Shown here: in pieces, positions 24,966 through 38,997 of the stretch | How positions within the stretch are numbered: position 1 is the stretch's first letter | How the letters are laid out: each line of letters starts with the position of its first letter | Assembly (NCBI RefSeq): GCF_006345805.1 | Contig: NC_043017.1 | Location: 12,090,001 to 12,154,000, forward strand | Length of the DNA stretch: 64,000 bases | Direction of reading: 5' to 3' | From: Octopus sinensis | Lineage: Eukaryota | The notes under the pieces: model-generated | The model's input: only the letters and a program-made list of their open reading frames with translations | The model's database searches: none | Told to the model about the DNA's origin: nothing | Translations under genes and position numbers: made by a program

Positions 24966-25759
24966 CCTGTGGAAATAGGTTCCTAAAATATATCAAAGAC
25001 ACTGATGTAGGTAGAATAATAACAGACTCAGTCATGTGACTCATCAGACCCTGTCAAACCATCTGCCAGCATGGAAAACGAAAAGTAAATGAAGATGATG
25101 ATGATGATGATGTAGAGAGTGTGATGCCAGCCAGAAGATGAAAATATAATCAGCAACTATATGGTTATGTACAAACAGAAGAAAAATCTGAATCCCGTTT
25201 TACAATATATATAAAAAAAAAGCCTTTATTTTTTTTTTTGCATGTTCTGTTGCAGAACAATAAAGTCATAAAATATGAAACTACATTCATTTCATTAATT
25301 TTCATTTTTTTTTTTTTTATGTCTTACAGAAAAATTAAAAAACTTTTTTTTAAAGTTAGAAAAATCAATGAATGATTTTACATGTATTTAATATATGTTT
25401 TATAGGCACACACACACACACACACACACTGACCTACACACATGCACACAAACAAACAAAGAGGAATGCAATGTAAATAACGGACAGAGTCAAAACTATT
25501 GAAAAGGTTGCAAGACGCAACGAAAATTTTAGGAAAATAAAAATAAGAAATAAATGGAAATTTTACCAGTGAGTGTGTTAAATTATAAGGTACTAAAAGA
25601 AGACAACTCTCCTCAACCACAACAGAATGTGCTTCAACACACAAACTCATATAAAGAATCTTGCAAACCAAATCCAAAAATGAAATATTTTATATATTTA
25701 TTATCAATTTATTATGCTTTATATATTTCGATATCTAGATACTCAGATACTGTTTAAAT

Positions 25760-26120
25760 AGGCACAGGCATAGCTGTGTGGTAAGAATTTTGCTTCCCAA
25801 CCACATGGTTCTGGGTTCAGTTCTACTGCATAGCACCTTGGGCAAGTGTTTTCTTCTACAGTTGTGTGCTGATTAAAGCCTAATGAGTGGAGTTGGTAAA
25901 TTGAAACTGAATGAAGCCCATTGTATCGTGTCTTTGTCCCCTACAGTATTGGAGTGTGTTTATGTCCCTGTGACTTAGTTGTTCACCAAAAGGAACAAAT
26001 AGAATGAGTGCCAAGCTTAAAATATAATAAGTACTAGGATCAATTCATACATCTAAAATTCTTCAATGCACTGCCCCAGCAAGGCCACTATCCAATGACC
26101 GAAACAAAAGGCAAAAGGGA
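25760..26120 (+). mobile_element. Diverged SINE family A
   Basis: Head and tail similarity. Confidence 0.7.
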
Positions 26121-27569
26121 CACTCTGGCTTTGTTATTGCAGTGAAAACTTGTTGAGTCACAGTATTATTGTAGTCAGTTATGGGTGGCTAAACAAATGC
26201 ACTCACACATGCATGCAAGCTCACACCACACACATTACACCTACAGACATACATACAATGGGCTTCATCTAGTTTCTGTTTCCCATATCTACTCACAAAG
26301 AAGGTTTTGACCAGTCTTGGACCATAGCAGAATCCAAGAGAGATGGTTGAGAAGAACCCTTCTTAACTTCACAACCACATGCCTGAATGTGCTACATGTT
26401 GTACGAAAAGTAACACTCTAGTTATTTAAATAAATATTTATGGGAGCAAGGGGATGCTTTCACATCTTTTGAAACCTCCACAGCAAAAGGCTTCCAAATA
26501 AATAAGAAAAGTAGATTTATTTAACATTATACCTTTTTTTAGGACTTCTGGATTGTGGTCTACACTGACAGTTTCTTTCCCCTCTCTTTCTCTCCCTCCA
26601 CAATCATGCATACATGAACTTCAAACCCTATAAATGATATCCTACAATTGATATCACTACTTAATACCCCAATCATTGACATACAATAAATCAGCACCTT
26701 ACAGTATATCCACTAATCCATACTTAAACAAATAATCTATTGATAATAGCATTGTTTTATACACACACACACACACACACAATATATATATATATTATAT
26801 ATATATATATTATATATATGTACATACACACATATATATACATACATGTTCTTGCTCATTGGTTGATGTATACAATATCTCTTAGCTCAGATATATATAA
26901 GTGTAATCTCTAGTTAATACAATAATAAGCCTAGAATCAGTTTCTTATGAACCCCACCACCATCAAAATACATGCATACATATATACAATTCATATATAT
27001 ATATATACATGACTATATATAATCACAGAGAGTGAGAGATAGATGACTAGATACATATCTATGTGTGTGTATATGTATGTATGCATGCATGTATGTATGT
27101 ATGTGTGTGTATATATATATAATCTCTAGTTAATATAGTAATAATCTGAAAAATAGTTTATATATAAAAACGTTTGCTCTCTACTTTATATCTAAATATT
27201 ATATATTTCTCCTCCATAAATATACATACATTTTTGTATATTGTGTTTTCAACACATAATTGTGTGTATGTGTATGTATCCACACATATATATACATACA
27301 TGCATCCTTTAATTCCCATTTAATCTAATACTCTACAATAAACTTACAGAAGCATTTATTTTATTCTGTTATGTTTATTTGAAATGATATCATCTTTTCT
27401 ATTTTGTCATATCTACATTGCAGCATTAACATGATTATCTCCAGATAATCCTGTTAATATCTTTGCATGTTATTGTTTTATTCGTGTGTGTGTATGTATA
27501 CACACACACACACATTCATAATACATACATCCATACATTAAGCACACATGTATATAAATATAAATATGA

Positions 27570-27985
27570 GAGGAGCAGGAGTGGCTGTGTGGTAAGTAGC
27601 TTGTTTACCAACCACATGGTTCCGGGTTCAGTCCCACTGCATGGCACCTTGGGCAAGTGTCTTCTACTATAGCCTCGGGCTGACCAAAGCCTTGTGAGTG
27701 GATTTGGTAGACGGAAACTGAAAGAAGCCTGTCGTATATATGTATGTATGTATATATATATATATATGTATGTGTTTTTGTGTCTGTGTTTGTCCCCCTA
27801 GCATTGCTTGACAACCGATGTTGGTGTGTTTATGTCCCCGTCACTTAGTGGTTCGGCAAAAGTGACTGATAGAATAAGTACTGGGCTAACAAAGAATAAG
27901 TCCCAGGGTCGATTTGCTCGATTAAAGGCGGTGCTCCAGCATGCCCGCAGTCAAATGACTGAAACAAGTAAAAGAGTAAAAGAGA
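27570..27985 (+). mobile_element. SINE family A
   Basis: Full length. Confidence 0.9.
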
Positions 27986-28264
27986 ACACGCTTTATGAAA
28001 TCCTGGGTTTACGAGTTATTTTTCAAGCACAAAATCCAATTTTTGAAAGAAGTGCAAAAGTTTCTACCACCATAACAAATGCTTGTGTGTTACCGAGAAA
28101 TTTAGAGAGAGCAGAAAAAAGCCTCTTCTGAGCAAACTCCTGTAGACTTGTTTTCTAAAAAGAAATTTACAAGTCTAGCTATGAGTGCTTGTGATCGCAT
28201 CTACAAGTGATGGTGTGTGCGAGATTGGTGCAAGTGAAAGTGATTCAGAAAACAATACTCTCTT

Positions 28265-28672
28265 GCTCTTTTACTCTTTTACTTGTTTCAGTCATTTGAT
28301 TGTGGCCATGCTGGAGCACCGCCTTTAGTCGAGCAAATCAACCCCGGGACTTATTCTTTGTAAGCCCAGTACTTATTCTATCGGTCTCTTTTGCCGAACC
28401 GCTAAGTGACGGGGACGTAAACACGCCAGCATCGGTTGTCAAGCAATGCTAGGGGGACGAACACAGACACACAAACATATACACACACATACATACATAT
28501 ATATACATATATACGACAGGCTTCTTTCAGTTTCCGTCTACCAAATCCACTCACAAGGCATTGGTCGGCCCAAGGCTATAGCAGAAGACACTTGCCTAAG
28601 ATGCCACGCAGTGGGACTGAACCCGGAACCATGTGGTTGGTAGGCAAGCTACTTACCATACAGCCACTCCAG
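28265..28672 (-). mobile_element. SINE family A
   Basis: Full length, reverse orientation. Confidence 0.9.
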
Positions 28673-29064
28673 CCACTAATATTTTTTTTTTACCATAAAT
28701 GATCTTATTCCTTTTACTTTACATAAAATATTCTTTACATTCTATTGTTGTTTTATTGCCATTTATTTACGATATCAAAAATTTTATGGGTAAAATATTT
28801 TGGGAGGGAACAAATTACAATTTAAAACGTTACTACAATAGGAAATTACTGCTCTGCTTACGAGTTTTCACTTTACGAGTGGCCTCCTGAAACAAATTAA
28901 CACATATACTGAAGTATTACTATAATAGTATTAATAAGACAGGAAATGGAATGGCTAATAGATTATATTGAGCACATGTTTTGACCCATTGCTCTGGGTC
29001 TCTTTGGGTACATCAATAAAAAAGTCTCACTCGAGATTTCTTGGGTCGGCTTACATACCGCTAT

Positions 29065-29402
29065 AAAGGTAAAGACCCCCTTCGGTCATGAATGACCATG
29101 GGATTGCACCTAGAAAGTTACCCTCCTAGACACAAGTCCGGGCAAGGTTGTTTATGGAAGACCAGCAGTCGCCCATGCATACCAGCCTCCCCTCTCCACG
29201 CCACCAGTGTTATCCAAGGGAAAGACAAAGGTCGATACAGCTTGGCACCTGTGACGTCGCAACTCATTTCTACAGCTGAGTAAACTGGAGCAACGTGAAA
29301 TAAAGTGCCTTGCTCAAGAACACAACACGCAGCCCGGTCCGGGATTCGAGCTCACAACCTCACGATCGTAAGCTCGATGCTCTAACCACTGAGCCATGCG
29401 CC
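29065..29402 (-). mobile_element. tRNA-derived SINE family C
   Basis: Minus-strand head GGCGCATGGCTCAGTGGTTAGAGC...GCTCGAATCCC (A/B boxes) followed by GTGTTCTTGAGCAAGGCACTT; diverged relatives near 11310, 12180 and 43030. Confidence 0.8.
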
Positions 29403-29619
29403 ATGTCCATCATAAATGCTGGTGCTTTGCTCATCATGTATTTTCACATTTTGTATAATTTTTCCATTATACACACACTCACACACACACATATATATAT
29501 ACACACATTAAATTATGTGAGACAAAAGATAGGTTACTAAAATATATTTTGTTGTAAAATTATTACGTGCACAAAATCATGTACTAAAAATATATAGATA
29601 CATAAATATACATTCATCA

Positions 29620-31150
29620 GACCACCACAAATGACACACCTAAGATGGCCACCATTGCTGCAAAGCAGGAAGTCACCCTAATTCTTTTAGTAAATATTAG
29701 AGGCCTCCAACAAAGCAACAGCAATCAAAAAAATTGAATACTTGAGGGATCTTACTGCATGCAATCAAACAATATGCATGGCACTTACAGAGACACATCT
29801 CTTTGCAGGTATAAATGACACAGAGATACACATACCAATGTATGATGTGCTCTGTGCAGACAGAAGGGAAAGAAGTCATGGAGCTGCATTGTGCATTCAT
29901 GAAGATGTTGCACCACTAAGCCTGTTATGGTGTAACTCGTTCTGTGACACACTCATAGTGGATTTGTGTTTCCTATTGGGAAATAGATTATTTTATTTGG
30001 CTTTTTAAGTAAGGGTGTATATAATGATTAAAATGTCACTTATAACTTCAGTGTTATCATTATACGCAAACCCGAACTTCAGTATATAACGCCATAGAGA
30101 AATATACATAAGTATATATATATAGGATCTTTTCCTTTTGAACGGCAGTTTTCAACACCATTTCTAGTTAACTAAACACTTTTAAACTTCGTATACTGGT
30201 AGAATGTGTCAAAATAAAGCATTTTTTTCTCTTGGCTTTCTTGAGAAAATTGTAATTTATAAGTTTAACGTAGTTTAATTTTTTGAATTTTAACCAATCA
30301 CTCGCCTCTATTGAGCTAAAATCATTTCTTCACACAGCTGTCCTCATTCATATGCAACACATGACCATATCAGCATCAAATTGGGATCGTAATGATAAAA
30401 GAAGTACTAACAACACTGGATCAAAGTGTTAATATACTTCTGGTGGATGACCTCAACATCCCTAACACCAAATGGCCCAAAGGCCATATAATCTCGCAAA
30501 GAGCAGAACCATGTAGAATTGCTACTTGAGCTCACAAAAATGCTATCCATGGAGCAAACAATACTGTGCAGGTGAGTAGCTGGATAGATCCTTAGATCAT
30601 TCAGAACTGGAAATAAAGATACCTTGCTACTCCTATGGAGGACATTTATCCTCAGTCATCTAGATTACTGCTCCCAACTGTGGTTGCTGCAGAGCATCAA
30701 ACTGGTGACAGAACTTAAGGCAATCCAGCATCACTACAAAAAGAAGACTGACTTGGTGAAACAAATAAACTACTGGGAGAGGTTACAAGAACTGAGACTC
30801 TACTCATTGGAGAGAAGGTGAGAAAGGTATGCACTGATATACATATGAAAGATCCTGGAATGTCTAACTTTGGAATTAAAAGCTATACCAACCATCGAAC
30901 TGGAGAGCACTACATAATACCTTTTCTTCATCTCAGATAAGGACCCAGTATTGCAACAATTAATGTTTCAGGGAACCACAACTGTTTAACATCCTGCCAA
31001 AGAACCTAAGAGATCTGCAAGGTTTAGATGTGGAAACATTCAAAAAGCACCTGGACAAATTTCTGAAATCCAAGATGAGCCCACATCACAGCAGGAAGCA
31101 CAAAGAAGAGCAGCTTCTTCCAACTTCCTCATAAAAAAACAGTACCAAAA
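29620..31150 (+). mobile_element. Internally deleted CR1/L2-type LINE (APE start plus RT C-terminus)
   Basis: MALTETHL...EIHIPMYDVLCADR (APE N-terminus); FILSHLDYCSQLW...NYWERLQELRLYSLERR and PQLFNILPKNLRDL (RT C-terminus). Confidence 0.85.
30124..30330. mobile_element. One-ended fragment of the GGATCTTTTC-TIR MITE family
   Basis: Same terminus and subterminal sequence as the 39157 and 34402 elements. Confidence 0.7.
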
Positions 31151-31705
31151 GAAGATCCCAAAACACTGAAAGGCTCTGCTCCAGCATGGCCCCAGACTCT
31201 GGCTGAGTGAAAGAATAAAAGATATATATATATATATATATATATAAATATATATATGTCAACAATATTAGACCATCAAATATTTAGGTACCTTTCTTTT
31301 TATTGTTTGTTTTCTAGATTGTTTGATTTAATCATTCATTAAAAGAATCTCTATTGTGATAATTCAGAAACAACTCAAAGAATAAAGTCTTTTATTGGTT
31401 TTTCTCTTTTTTATGAATCAATTTTCTTTTTATTCTTTTATTTAGTTCTAACATCTCTTTTCGCTTTGTATAGGATACACTCGCTTTATTGAGGCAACCA
31501 AGATATTTGACAGCTCAGCCAAATTGTTTTATTGCAGACTTTATCGATCTGTTTAATTCAACCACCGAGCCCTGGGTGCCTTATATGGAGTCCACTTTGT
31601 TGCCAGAACCTGACCAGGTCATTGTCTCACTCCCTCCAGCCACTCTCACAGACTCTGAAAGATGCCATGGGTACTGCATTTGGAAATTGGAATGCATACA
31701 CACAT

Positions 31706-32089
31706 GGGATGGAAGCACTCCGTCGGTTACGACGAGGGTTCCGGTTGATCCGATCAACGGAACAGCCTGCTCGTGAAATTAACGTGTAAGTGGCTGAGCA
31801 CTCCACAGACACGTGTACCCTTAACGTAGTTCTCGGGGTGATTCAGCGTGACACAGAGAGTGACAAGGCCGGCCCTTTGAAATACAGGTACGACAGAAAC
31901 AGGAAGTAAGAGTGAGAGAAAGTTGTGGTGAAAGAGTACAGCAGGGATCACCACCATCCCTGCCGGAGCTTCGTGGAGCTTTTAGGTGTTTTCGCTCAAT
32001 AAACACTCACAATGCCCGATCTGGGAATCGAAACTGCGATCCTACGACCGCAAGTCCGCTGCCCTAACCACTGGGCCATTGCGCCTCCA
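31706..32089 (-). mobile_element. tRNA-derived SINE family D, intact
   Basis: tRNA-like head GGAGGCGCAATGGCCCAGTGGTTAGGGCAGCGG; 11-bp TSD CATACACACAT; near-identical to 48681-49072. Confidence 0.9.
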
Positions 32090-32477
32090 CATACACACAT
32101 ATACACACACAGATACAAGCATGGCTGGGTTGTAAGAATTTTGCTTTTGTTTCTCACCCACATGGTTTCAGGTTCAGTCATACTGCATAGCATCTTTGGA
32201 AAGTCTCTTCTACTATAACATTGTGCCAGCCAAAGTGAGCAGTTATAAAAAGCCTGGATTTTTTGAAAAACTTTAGTGTTTGTTGGATGTAACTGAACTC
32301 TAGGACACTCACTCCTTTGAGACATTGGTGACTTTCATGCCATGTCCAAAGGAAAGTCGACAAGTTTATTTTGAATTGTTGACTCATTTATTAGTTAGCT
32401 TTATGAATGAGCTAGTGAAATATATAGTCGTACTTCTACACGATGAAAATTATCTTTCTTTTCCCATGTACATCATC

Positions 32478-32860
32478 ATCATCATCATCGTTTAACGTCC
32501 GCTTTCCATGCTAGCATGGGTTGGACGGTTCAACTGGGGTCTGGGGAGCCCGAAGGCTGCACCAGGCCAGTCAGATCTGGCAGTGTTTCTACAGCTGGAT
32601 GCCCTTCCTAACGCCAACCACTCCGAGAGTGTAGTGGGTGATTTTATGCGCCACCGACACAGGTGCCAGACGAGGCTGGCGAACGGCCACGCTTGGATGG
32701 TGTTTTTTTATGTGCCACCGACACAGGTGCCAGACGAGGCTGGCGAACGGCCACGATCGGATGGTGTTTGTTACGTGCCCACAGCACGGAGGCCAGTCGA
32801 TGCGGTACTGGCTACGGCCACGTTCGGATGGCTTTCTTATGTGCCACCGGCACTGTTACC
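32478..32860 (-). mobile_element. SINE family E with internal ~58-bp tandem repeats
   Basis: (CAT)n tail; GTGCCACCGACACAGGTGCCAGACGAGGCTGGCGAACGGCC repeats. Confidence 0.85.
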
Positions 32861-33304
32861 ACAAAGATACAAATTCCATTGATGTTCATCTATTTTGGTT
32901 TGGTTTGAATATAAAATTATAAACGAAGTACGAGGGCATGGAATAAGGACTTTTTTTTTACAAGCAACGAAAGAAACAGATGGAAAACAAGACAACCAGC
33001 ACAAGGAACAACCCTATATAATTATGTACATATATATATGACAAATTTGGGATTTTACCAATAGAACCGCAACTCCTATTTCAGGATAACCTTATTGTAT
33101 GCAATACACATAGAAAGTTATATCCAATAAAAATAATATAAGCAATTAAAATAACCCACTATAAAATACAATAAAATTAGTTGAAAAAAGGTGCTGTTAA
33201 GTTAGACATGGCCTGGACCAATCTTTGGTCGAAACATATCTAAGATTTTATCTAAGTTTATAACTTACCTGTTATTAGTCTGTGAGGAAAGTAGGTGTAT
33301 ATAT

Positions 33305-33340
<36 letters not shown>

Positions 33341-33344
<4 letters not shown>

Positions 33345-33504
33345 CGGAGTAAACATATAAATGTGAAACAAGGTGGAAAAAAGAGCACTCAAATACCAGA
33401 GGTAGAGTAATATGCTTTATTTAAAAGCAGCAGAAATTTAACAAAAGCTGTTACTCGAGTTTCACGTTCCCGTTCGTGTATATATAATATATATACATAT
33501 ATAT

Positions 33505-33577
<73 letters not shown>

Positions 33578-33825
33578 ATATATATATACCGGAGGAGTAA
33601 ATATAAATGTGAAACAAGGTGGAAAAAAGAGTACTCAAATACCGAGGCAGAGTAATATACTTTATTTAAAAGCAGAAATTTAACAAAAGCTGTTACTCGA
33701 GTTTCACGTTCCCATTCGTTGGACAGTTTTTTGGGGTTTTTTTTAAGAAAACTGTCCGACGAACAAGAACGTGAAACTCCGAGTAACAGCTTTTGTTAAA
33801 TTTCTGCTGCTTTTAAATAAAGTAT
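33341..33825. mobile_element. Two TACCGGAGTAAAC-family elements (the second a fold-back) carrying family H4 hammerhead-like motifs
   Basis: Motifs at 33448-33477 (-, truncated), 33690-33726 (-) and 33752-33789 (+). Confidence 0.75.
33752..33789 (+). ncRNA. Hammerhead-like motif with U4C core variant (family H4)
   Basis: CUGU-CCGACGA-AC AAGAAC GU-GAA-ACUCCGAGU-A-ACAG; other copies give helix II ACG-GGAA-CGU and helix III ACUCGAGU. Confidence 0.6.
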
Positions 33826-34401
33826 ATATATATATATCAATATATTAAACACATAACATGTATGACTATAAAAACTATATATACATATATTTAAATACAA
33901 CACACGCATAATCATATATATATATACATACGTAAATATACACACATATATATGTGTATATGAGACTATATTCTTTTATTCCTATAAATCTCAGCCTGCC
34001 CACGAACTGAAAAAACACAAACCTTGCATATGTGTTTGATATTGTATATATTAATATCTATATATATAGATATATGTAAGTGCATTGTGCCTTATAGCAG
34101 AAACAACTGTAAGACAGTGAACTTCATAAGATAAGCATTTATTCTTTTGTCATCTCATTTTCATATTACTGCTCAGAACTTGACTAACCGTTTGTTCTGA
34201 AGCATATGTTTATGCTGCCAAAACAGAGTAGCATAGGGTAGTTTTTTTACTCGGCCAGCTCTTGTGAACCATCCTATCCATACATGCATGGAAGATGGGA
34301 GTTACATTTATTATTTAATAAGCTTGACTCAGTTCCATTTGACTTTCATGGGTATGTAGGACAAGTCCACCGGATCAACAGACATTACAGAATGAATCAA
34401 G

Positions 34402-34813
34402 GGATCTTTTCGGTTTGAACGGCAGTTTTTTCTAGCGGTGTCATATGAAATTGTCACCCATAATTATGACCCTAGTATCGATCTATTGCATTTCAATCTG
34501 TTTTAGGGTTAGGGGTAAGGGGAAGGGTATCTTTTTTTCTTCACAAATGTAAATAAACCCAATCTATTTCTTAAACGAGGGACATATTCATACGGCACAG
34601 AATGTTTTTTTACCTCAATAGACATCACTGATTGGTTGAAATTGCAGAAATTGAAGAAAAAAACAACAAATATCTTACAAACTATAGAATTTTCTCAATA
34701 AAGCCAAGAGAAAAAGATGTTTTATAAACACATTCTACCAGAATACGAAGTTTAAAAGTGTTTAGTTACGTGGAAATAATTTTTAAAAACTGCCGTTCAA
34801 ACCGAAAAGATCT
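34402..34813. mobile_element. MITE with ~28-bp TIR and 8-bp TSD
   Basis: TIR RGATCTTTTCGGTTTGAACGGCAGTTTT; TSD GAATCAAG at 34394-34401 and 34814-34821. Confidence 0.9.
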
Positions 34814-35001
34814 GAATCAAGCACTGAAAATTTAGTCCATTGGTACAATAAATATCATAAAGAATAAGAAACTCTCTACGCTCGAGTTAGTTTCTAAATT
34901 CTACAAATTTATGAAAATAACATGTACTCGTATTTTGTTTCCTTGTTTCTTTCACCAGACATATATCATTACATACATACATACTACATACATACATACA
35001 T

Positions 35002-35053
<52 letters not shown>

Positions 35054-35207
35054 TATATATATATATATATATAGGATGATCCAGTTCTTGACTGAGATTA
35101 GAGGCTTCGAATGGCCCGTCCGTTTTTTGTGTCGTCTATTTGAATGTTTTGCGTTCTTGTCCCATTTTGTATTTTTATATAATATTTTTATACATATAAT
35201 ATCTATA

Positions 35208-35259
<52 letters not shown>

Positions 35260-35278
35260 TATATATATATCCTACATA

Positions 35279-35362
<84 letters not shown>

Positions 35363-35883
35363 TATGTATGGATATATATATATATTAATATATATATATA
35401 TATATATATCCATACATATACATATATATTCATGTATACACACATGCATATATGTGTGTGTGTTGTGTGTTAGAGATAGATGTTGTGGTTCTTATCTCCT
35501 TTCATTATTCAATACCTGCATCTCTCACGTTTACGGTTGATGTCACTTGAAGATAAATAAAACCACAAGTAGGTATTATCTAAGTTAATCGCACTCAAAA
35601 ATATCATGGCATTAACAAGAGACATTTCACAAGAATAATAATCCTTCGTATTGTGGTTGGATTGGAGTGGATTGGCTTGTCAGATGCTTTTTTCCTTTTT
35701 TTTGAGAAGGGAGCAGTAGGGGTGGTTCTGGGGATGGTAAGAGGGCACTGTTGTTTGGATGGTTTGTTTTGTGTATTTTTCGTCTTTTTGCCAGTATATT
35801 TCTTTCCTTTGTGTGGGTGGGAAATGAGTACACGCATATAATGTGTGTGTGGGTGTGTCAGCAATTGTATATGTCTCAGTTAA

Positions 35884-36113
35884 AGGCGGCGAGCTGGCAG
35901 AAGCGTTAGCACGCCTGGCAAAATGCTTTGCGGTATTTCGTCTGCCGTTACGTTGTGAGTTCAAATTCTGCCGAGGTCGACTTTGCCTTTCGTCCTTTCG
36001 TGGTCGATAAATTAAGCACCAGTTACGCACTGGCGTCGATGTAATTGACTTAATACCTATATTTGTCTTTGTTTGTCCCCTCTATGTTTAGCCCCTTGTG
36101 GGTAATAAAGAAA
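35884..36113 (+). mobile_element. SINE family B
   Basis: Homologous to 1024-1255. Confidence 0.88.
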
Positions 36114-36746
36114 TATGTATATGTCTCAGTCTGTTTCTATCTCTTTTGTTTCATATATATACACACATATAAGTGTACACACACACACATACACATGTAT
36201 ATGTATGCATATACATTCCTTCCTTAAACATCCTTTCTCTCTCCCGTTCTCTTTGGAAGTTCCTAAAGTTATATATTTCGATTTTTGGCACCTGGTTCTT
36301 AACGTCATTCACAAAATATCCACAAGAACTCAAATAATCAGAATACACCAGAACTTACCAATATATTTGGAATCACGATAAAATCTAGAATTGCTAATAT
36401 TCTTGATAAGAATTATGCAAAGAAATTCCAATATTAATTAAAGTCAGACTTGTCAGAATCAATTAAGTTCATCATGGCTGATCCATTAAAAATTGCAAAT
36501 TTTTTTTTGGTTGATCAATTATAGTCGTTAAAATATTAGTTGTTAGAATTTTGGTTGTAATAAAAGTTAAGATTCAAGTTTTAAGATGTGTCCAGATCTT
36601 AGAGTTATTGGAAACAAGATGCATACATTACACAGTTTGAGTTGCCCAAATCTCATGAATCTGCCTTGTCCTTGGTATCATCATCATCAACATTTAAGGC
36701 CCGTTTTCCATTCTGGTATGGGTTGGATGACTTACACACACACACA

Positions 36747-36800
<54 letters not shown>

Positions 36801-37126
36801 TATGGATAGCAGATAAATAAAGACATGCACATATAAATCAAATCTATATATACACTTGTATGCGAATGTGTACTCATGCACACATACACACACACACACA
36901 CACATATATTTATACACATATATCTATATGTTCTTTTGTTTATTATTGGCAGAAGTTACAATGTGACTTGAGGGCCATGAGTTTTGTGCATTGGCCATTA
37001 TCAAGTGCCAATGCATGAAACTCTCAGAGTCACTTGAGTAACTTCTGCCAATCATTAACAAAAAACATATGCAGAGGTCTCATGTTTCGAGTTCTGTCTT
37101 TCCTGCTTGCATTACCATACCTATAT

Positions 37127-37307
37127 GTGAACAGGTCGCGGTCTCGAAGCGACGAAAATATTTTGACAAATTAAATTTAAATGTTGAAGTGAATCTAACG
37201 GTTTTGTGTGTTTCTTAAATGGCTTATAAACACCTTCCACACTGCAATTGTTTTCGTTCCAGCACACGATCTCAGATCAAGTCACTTGCTATGCAAGTAC
37301 ATCTCCG

Positions 37308-37310
<3 letters not shown>
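37127..37310 (+). mobile_element. Short element family H5 beginning with a G3:C8 hammerhead-like motif (37127-37170)
   Basis: GUGAACA-G-GUCGC GGUCUCGAA GCGAC-GAA-AAUAUU-U-UGACAAA; 5' strand of helix I absent; homologous to 53575-53870 and 61193-61375. Confidence 0.7.
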
Positions 37311-37342
<32 letters not shown>

Positions 37343-37444
37343 GCCTCTTTTTTTCCAGTCATCTTGCTGTATTGGACTATTGGACTCTGCACATTTTTTC
37401 TCTCTTCATTCTTTACATTCTATCTCCATTTTTTCCTCTTAATT

Positions 37445-37480
37445 CTTTCTGTTGAAGAGTGTAGGCTTGAAATATAAAAG
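37445..37480 (+). ncRNA. Decayed family H1 hammerhead-like motif
   Basis: CUUU-CUGUUGA-A-GAGU GUAG GCUU-GAA-AUAU-A-AAAG; CpG decay keeps the pairings. Confidence 0.55.
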
Positions 37481-38214
37481 ACTTTTCCATCTTTCCCAAA
37501 TGTTAAAGTAATACACCTGCTTTGTGTTTTGTTTTCTGTGAATTTGAACTATGTATATATATATATATATTATATATAATATATATTATATATATATATA
37601 TTATATGGTGGTTGTCTACTTCTTATGCAGATTTGACCACCTCTTGTACCTACACCTTAGCACCATCATGGCATCTGATGTGGCTTTTTAAATCAGACAA
37701 TGTTCTGAATAGACACCTACACACATAGCACATGTGATTTGGACCACCAAGAGCTGCAGATAAGTCCTGATCATTGTGGATCTTAAAATGTCTTTTGAGG
37801 ACTCCGCTGGATTTCTATAAGGTTTAAATGTCCAGAAAGCAAAAGACAACAGATGAGGGAACAACAAGCAGGTGTAGTAGTTTGACACTCAGAAAGAATG
37901 GAAAAGCCTTTGACATTTCATGCCTTCGCTTTTCAAAGGTATGGGAGTTAAAAAATGGAGAAAGAAAAGAATAGAGAGAGAAAAAAATTGTTGTTATTAA
38001 TGGTTTTACATGATGATACATATAGAAATGCTTATAGATGACTAAGTTATTGAAGGATAAGTTTTCAAAGTTTTCCACAAGGCCAGGAGTTTTTCAAGGG
38101 TGGAGGAGTCAAGTACATAACCCCACTACTCGACTGGTACTTATTTTATCGACCCTGAAAGAATGCAAAGCAAAGTCAACCTTGGCAAAATTTGAACTCA
38201 GAATGCAAAGAAAG

Positions 38215-38352
38215 GCACAGGAGTGGCTGTGTGGTAAGTAGTTTGTTTACCAACCACATGGTTCCGGGTTCAGTCCCACTGCGTGGCACCTTGGGCAAGT
38301 GTCTTCTACTATAGCCTCGGGCCGACCAATGCCTTGTGAGTGGATTTGGTAG
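38215..38352 (+). mobile_element. SINE family A 5' fragment among family B fragments
   Basis: Head sequence; flanked by minus-strand family B pieces (38100-38200, 38400-38590). Confidence 0.8.
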
Positions 38353-38659
38353 CATTGCCAATACACCACCTTGATGATGATGATGATGAAAATGATAATT
38401 CTTTCTACTAAAGGCACAAGGCCTGAAATTTTGGGGGGAGGGGACTGGTCGATTGCATTGACCCTAGTGTTTCACTGGTACTTAATTTTTCAACCTCAAA
38501 AGAATGAAAGGCAAAGTCAATCTCTGCGGAATTTGAACTGAGTGAAATACTGCTAACCATTTCATCTAGTGTGCTAACAATTCTGCCAACTCACCACCTT
38601 AATAATAATAATAATAACAAAATCAAAAACAAACAATGAGCATGCACAAAATAATATAG

Positions 38660-38997
38660 CCGGTGGCACGTAAGAGAACCATACCAGTGCCGGTGGCACG
38701 TAAAAAGCACCATCCGTTGGTGGCTGTTGCCAGCCTCCCCTGGCCCCCATGCCAGTGGCACGTAAAAAGCACCATCTGATCGTGGCCGTTTGCCAGCCTC
38801 ATCTGGCACCTGTGCCAGTGGCACGTAAAAAGCACCCACTACACTCACGGAGTGGTTGGCGTTAGGAAGGGCATCCAGCTGTAGAAACATTGCCAGATCA
38901 GACTGGGTCTGGTGCAGCCTTCTGGCTTCCCAGACCCCAGTCGAACCGTCCAACCCATGCTAGCATGGAAAGCAGATGCCAAACGATGATGATGATG
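38660..38997 (+). mobile_element. SINE family E
   Basis: GGCACGTAAAAAGCACC repeats and (GAT)n tail. Confidence 0.85.

Noticed and set aside
29330-29402. tRNA-like sequences here and at 32020-32089 and 48681-48750
   Set aside because: These are SINE heads continuing into SINE bodies with TSDs, not tRNA genes.
29565-29622. CUGAUGA-AUGUA..UACAU on the minus strand
   Set aside because: It is followed by GAUUUU, not GAAA.
35085-35125. CUGAGAU..CGAAUGGCCCGUC
   Set aside because: It needs several indels to fit a hammerhead; too weak.
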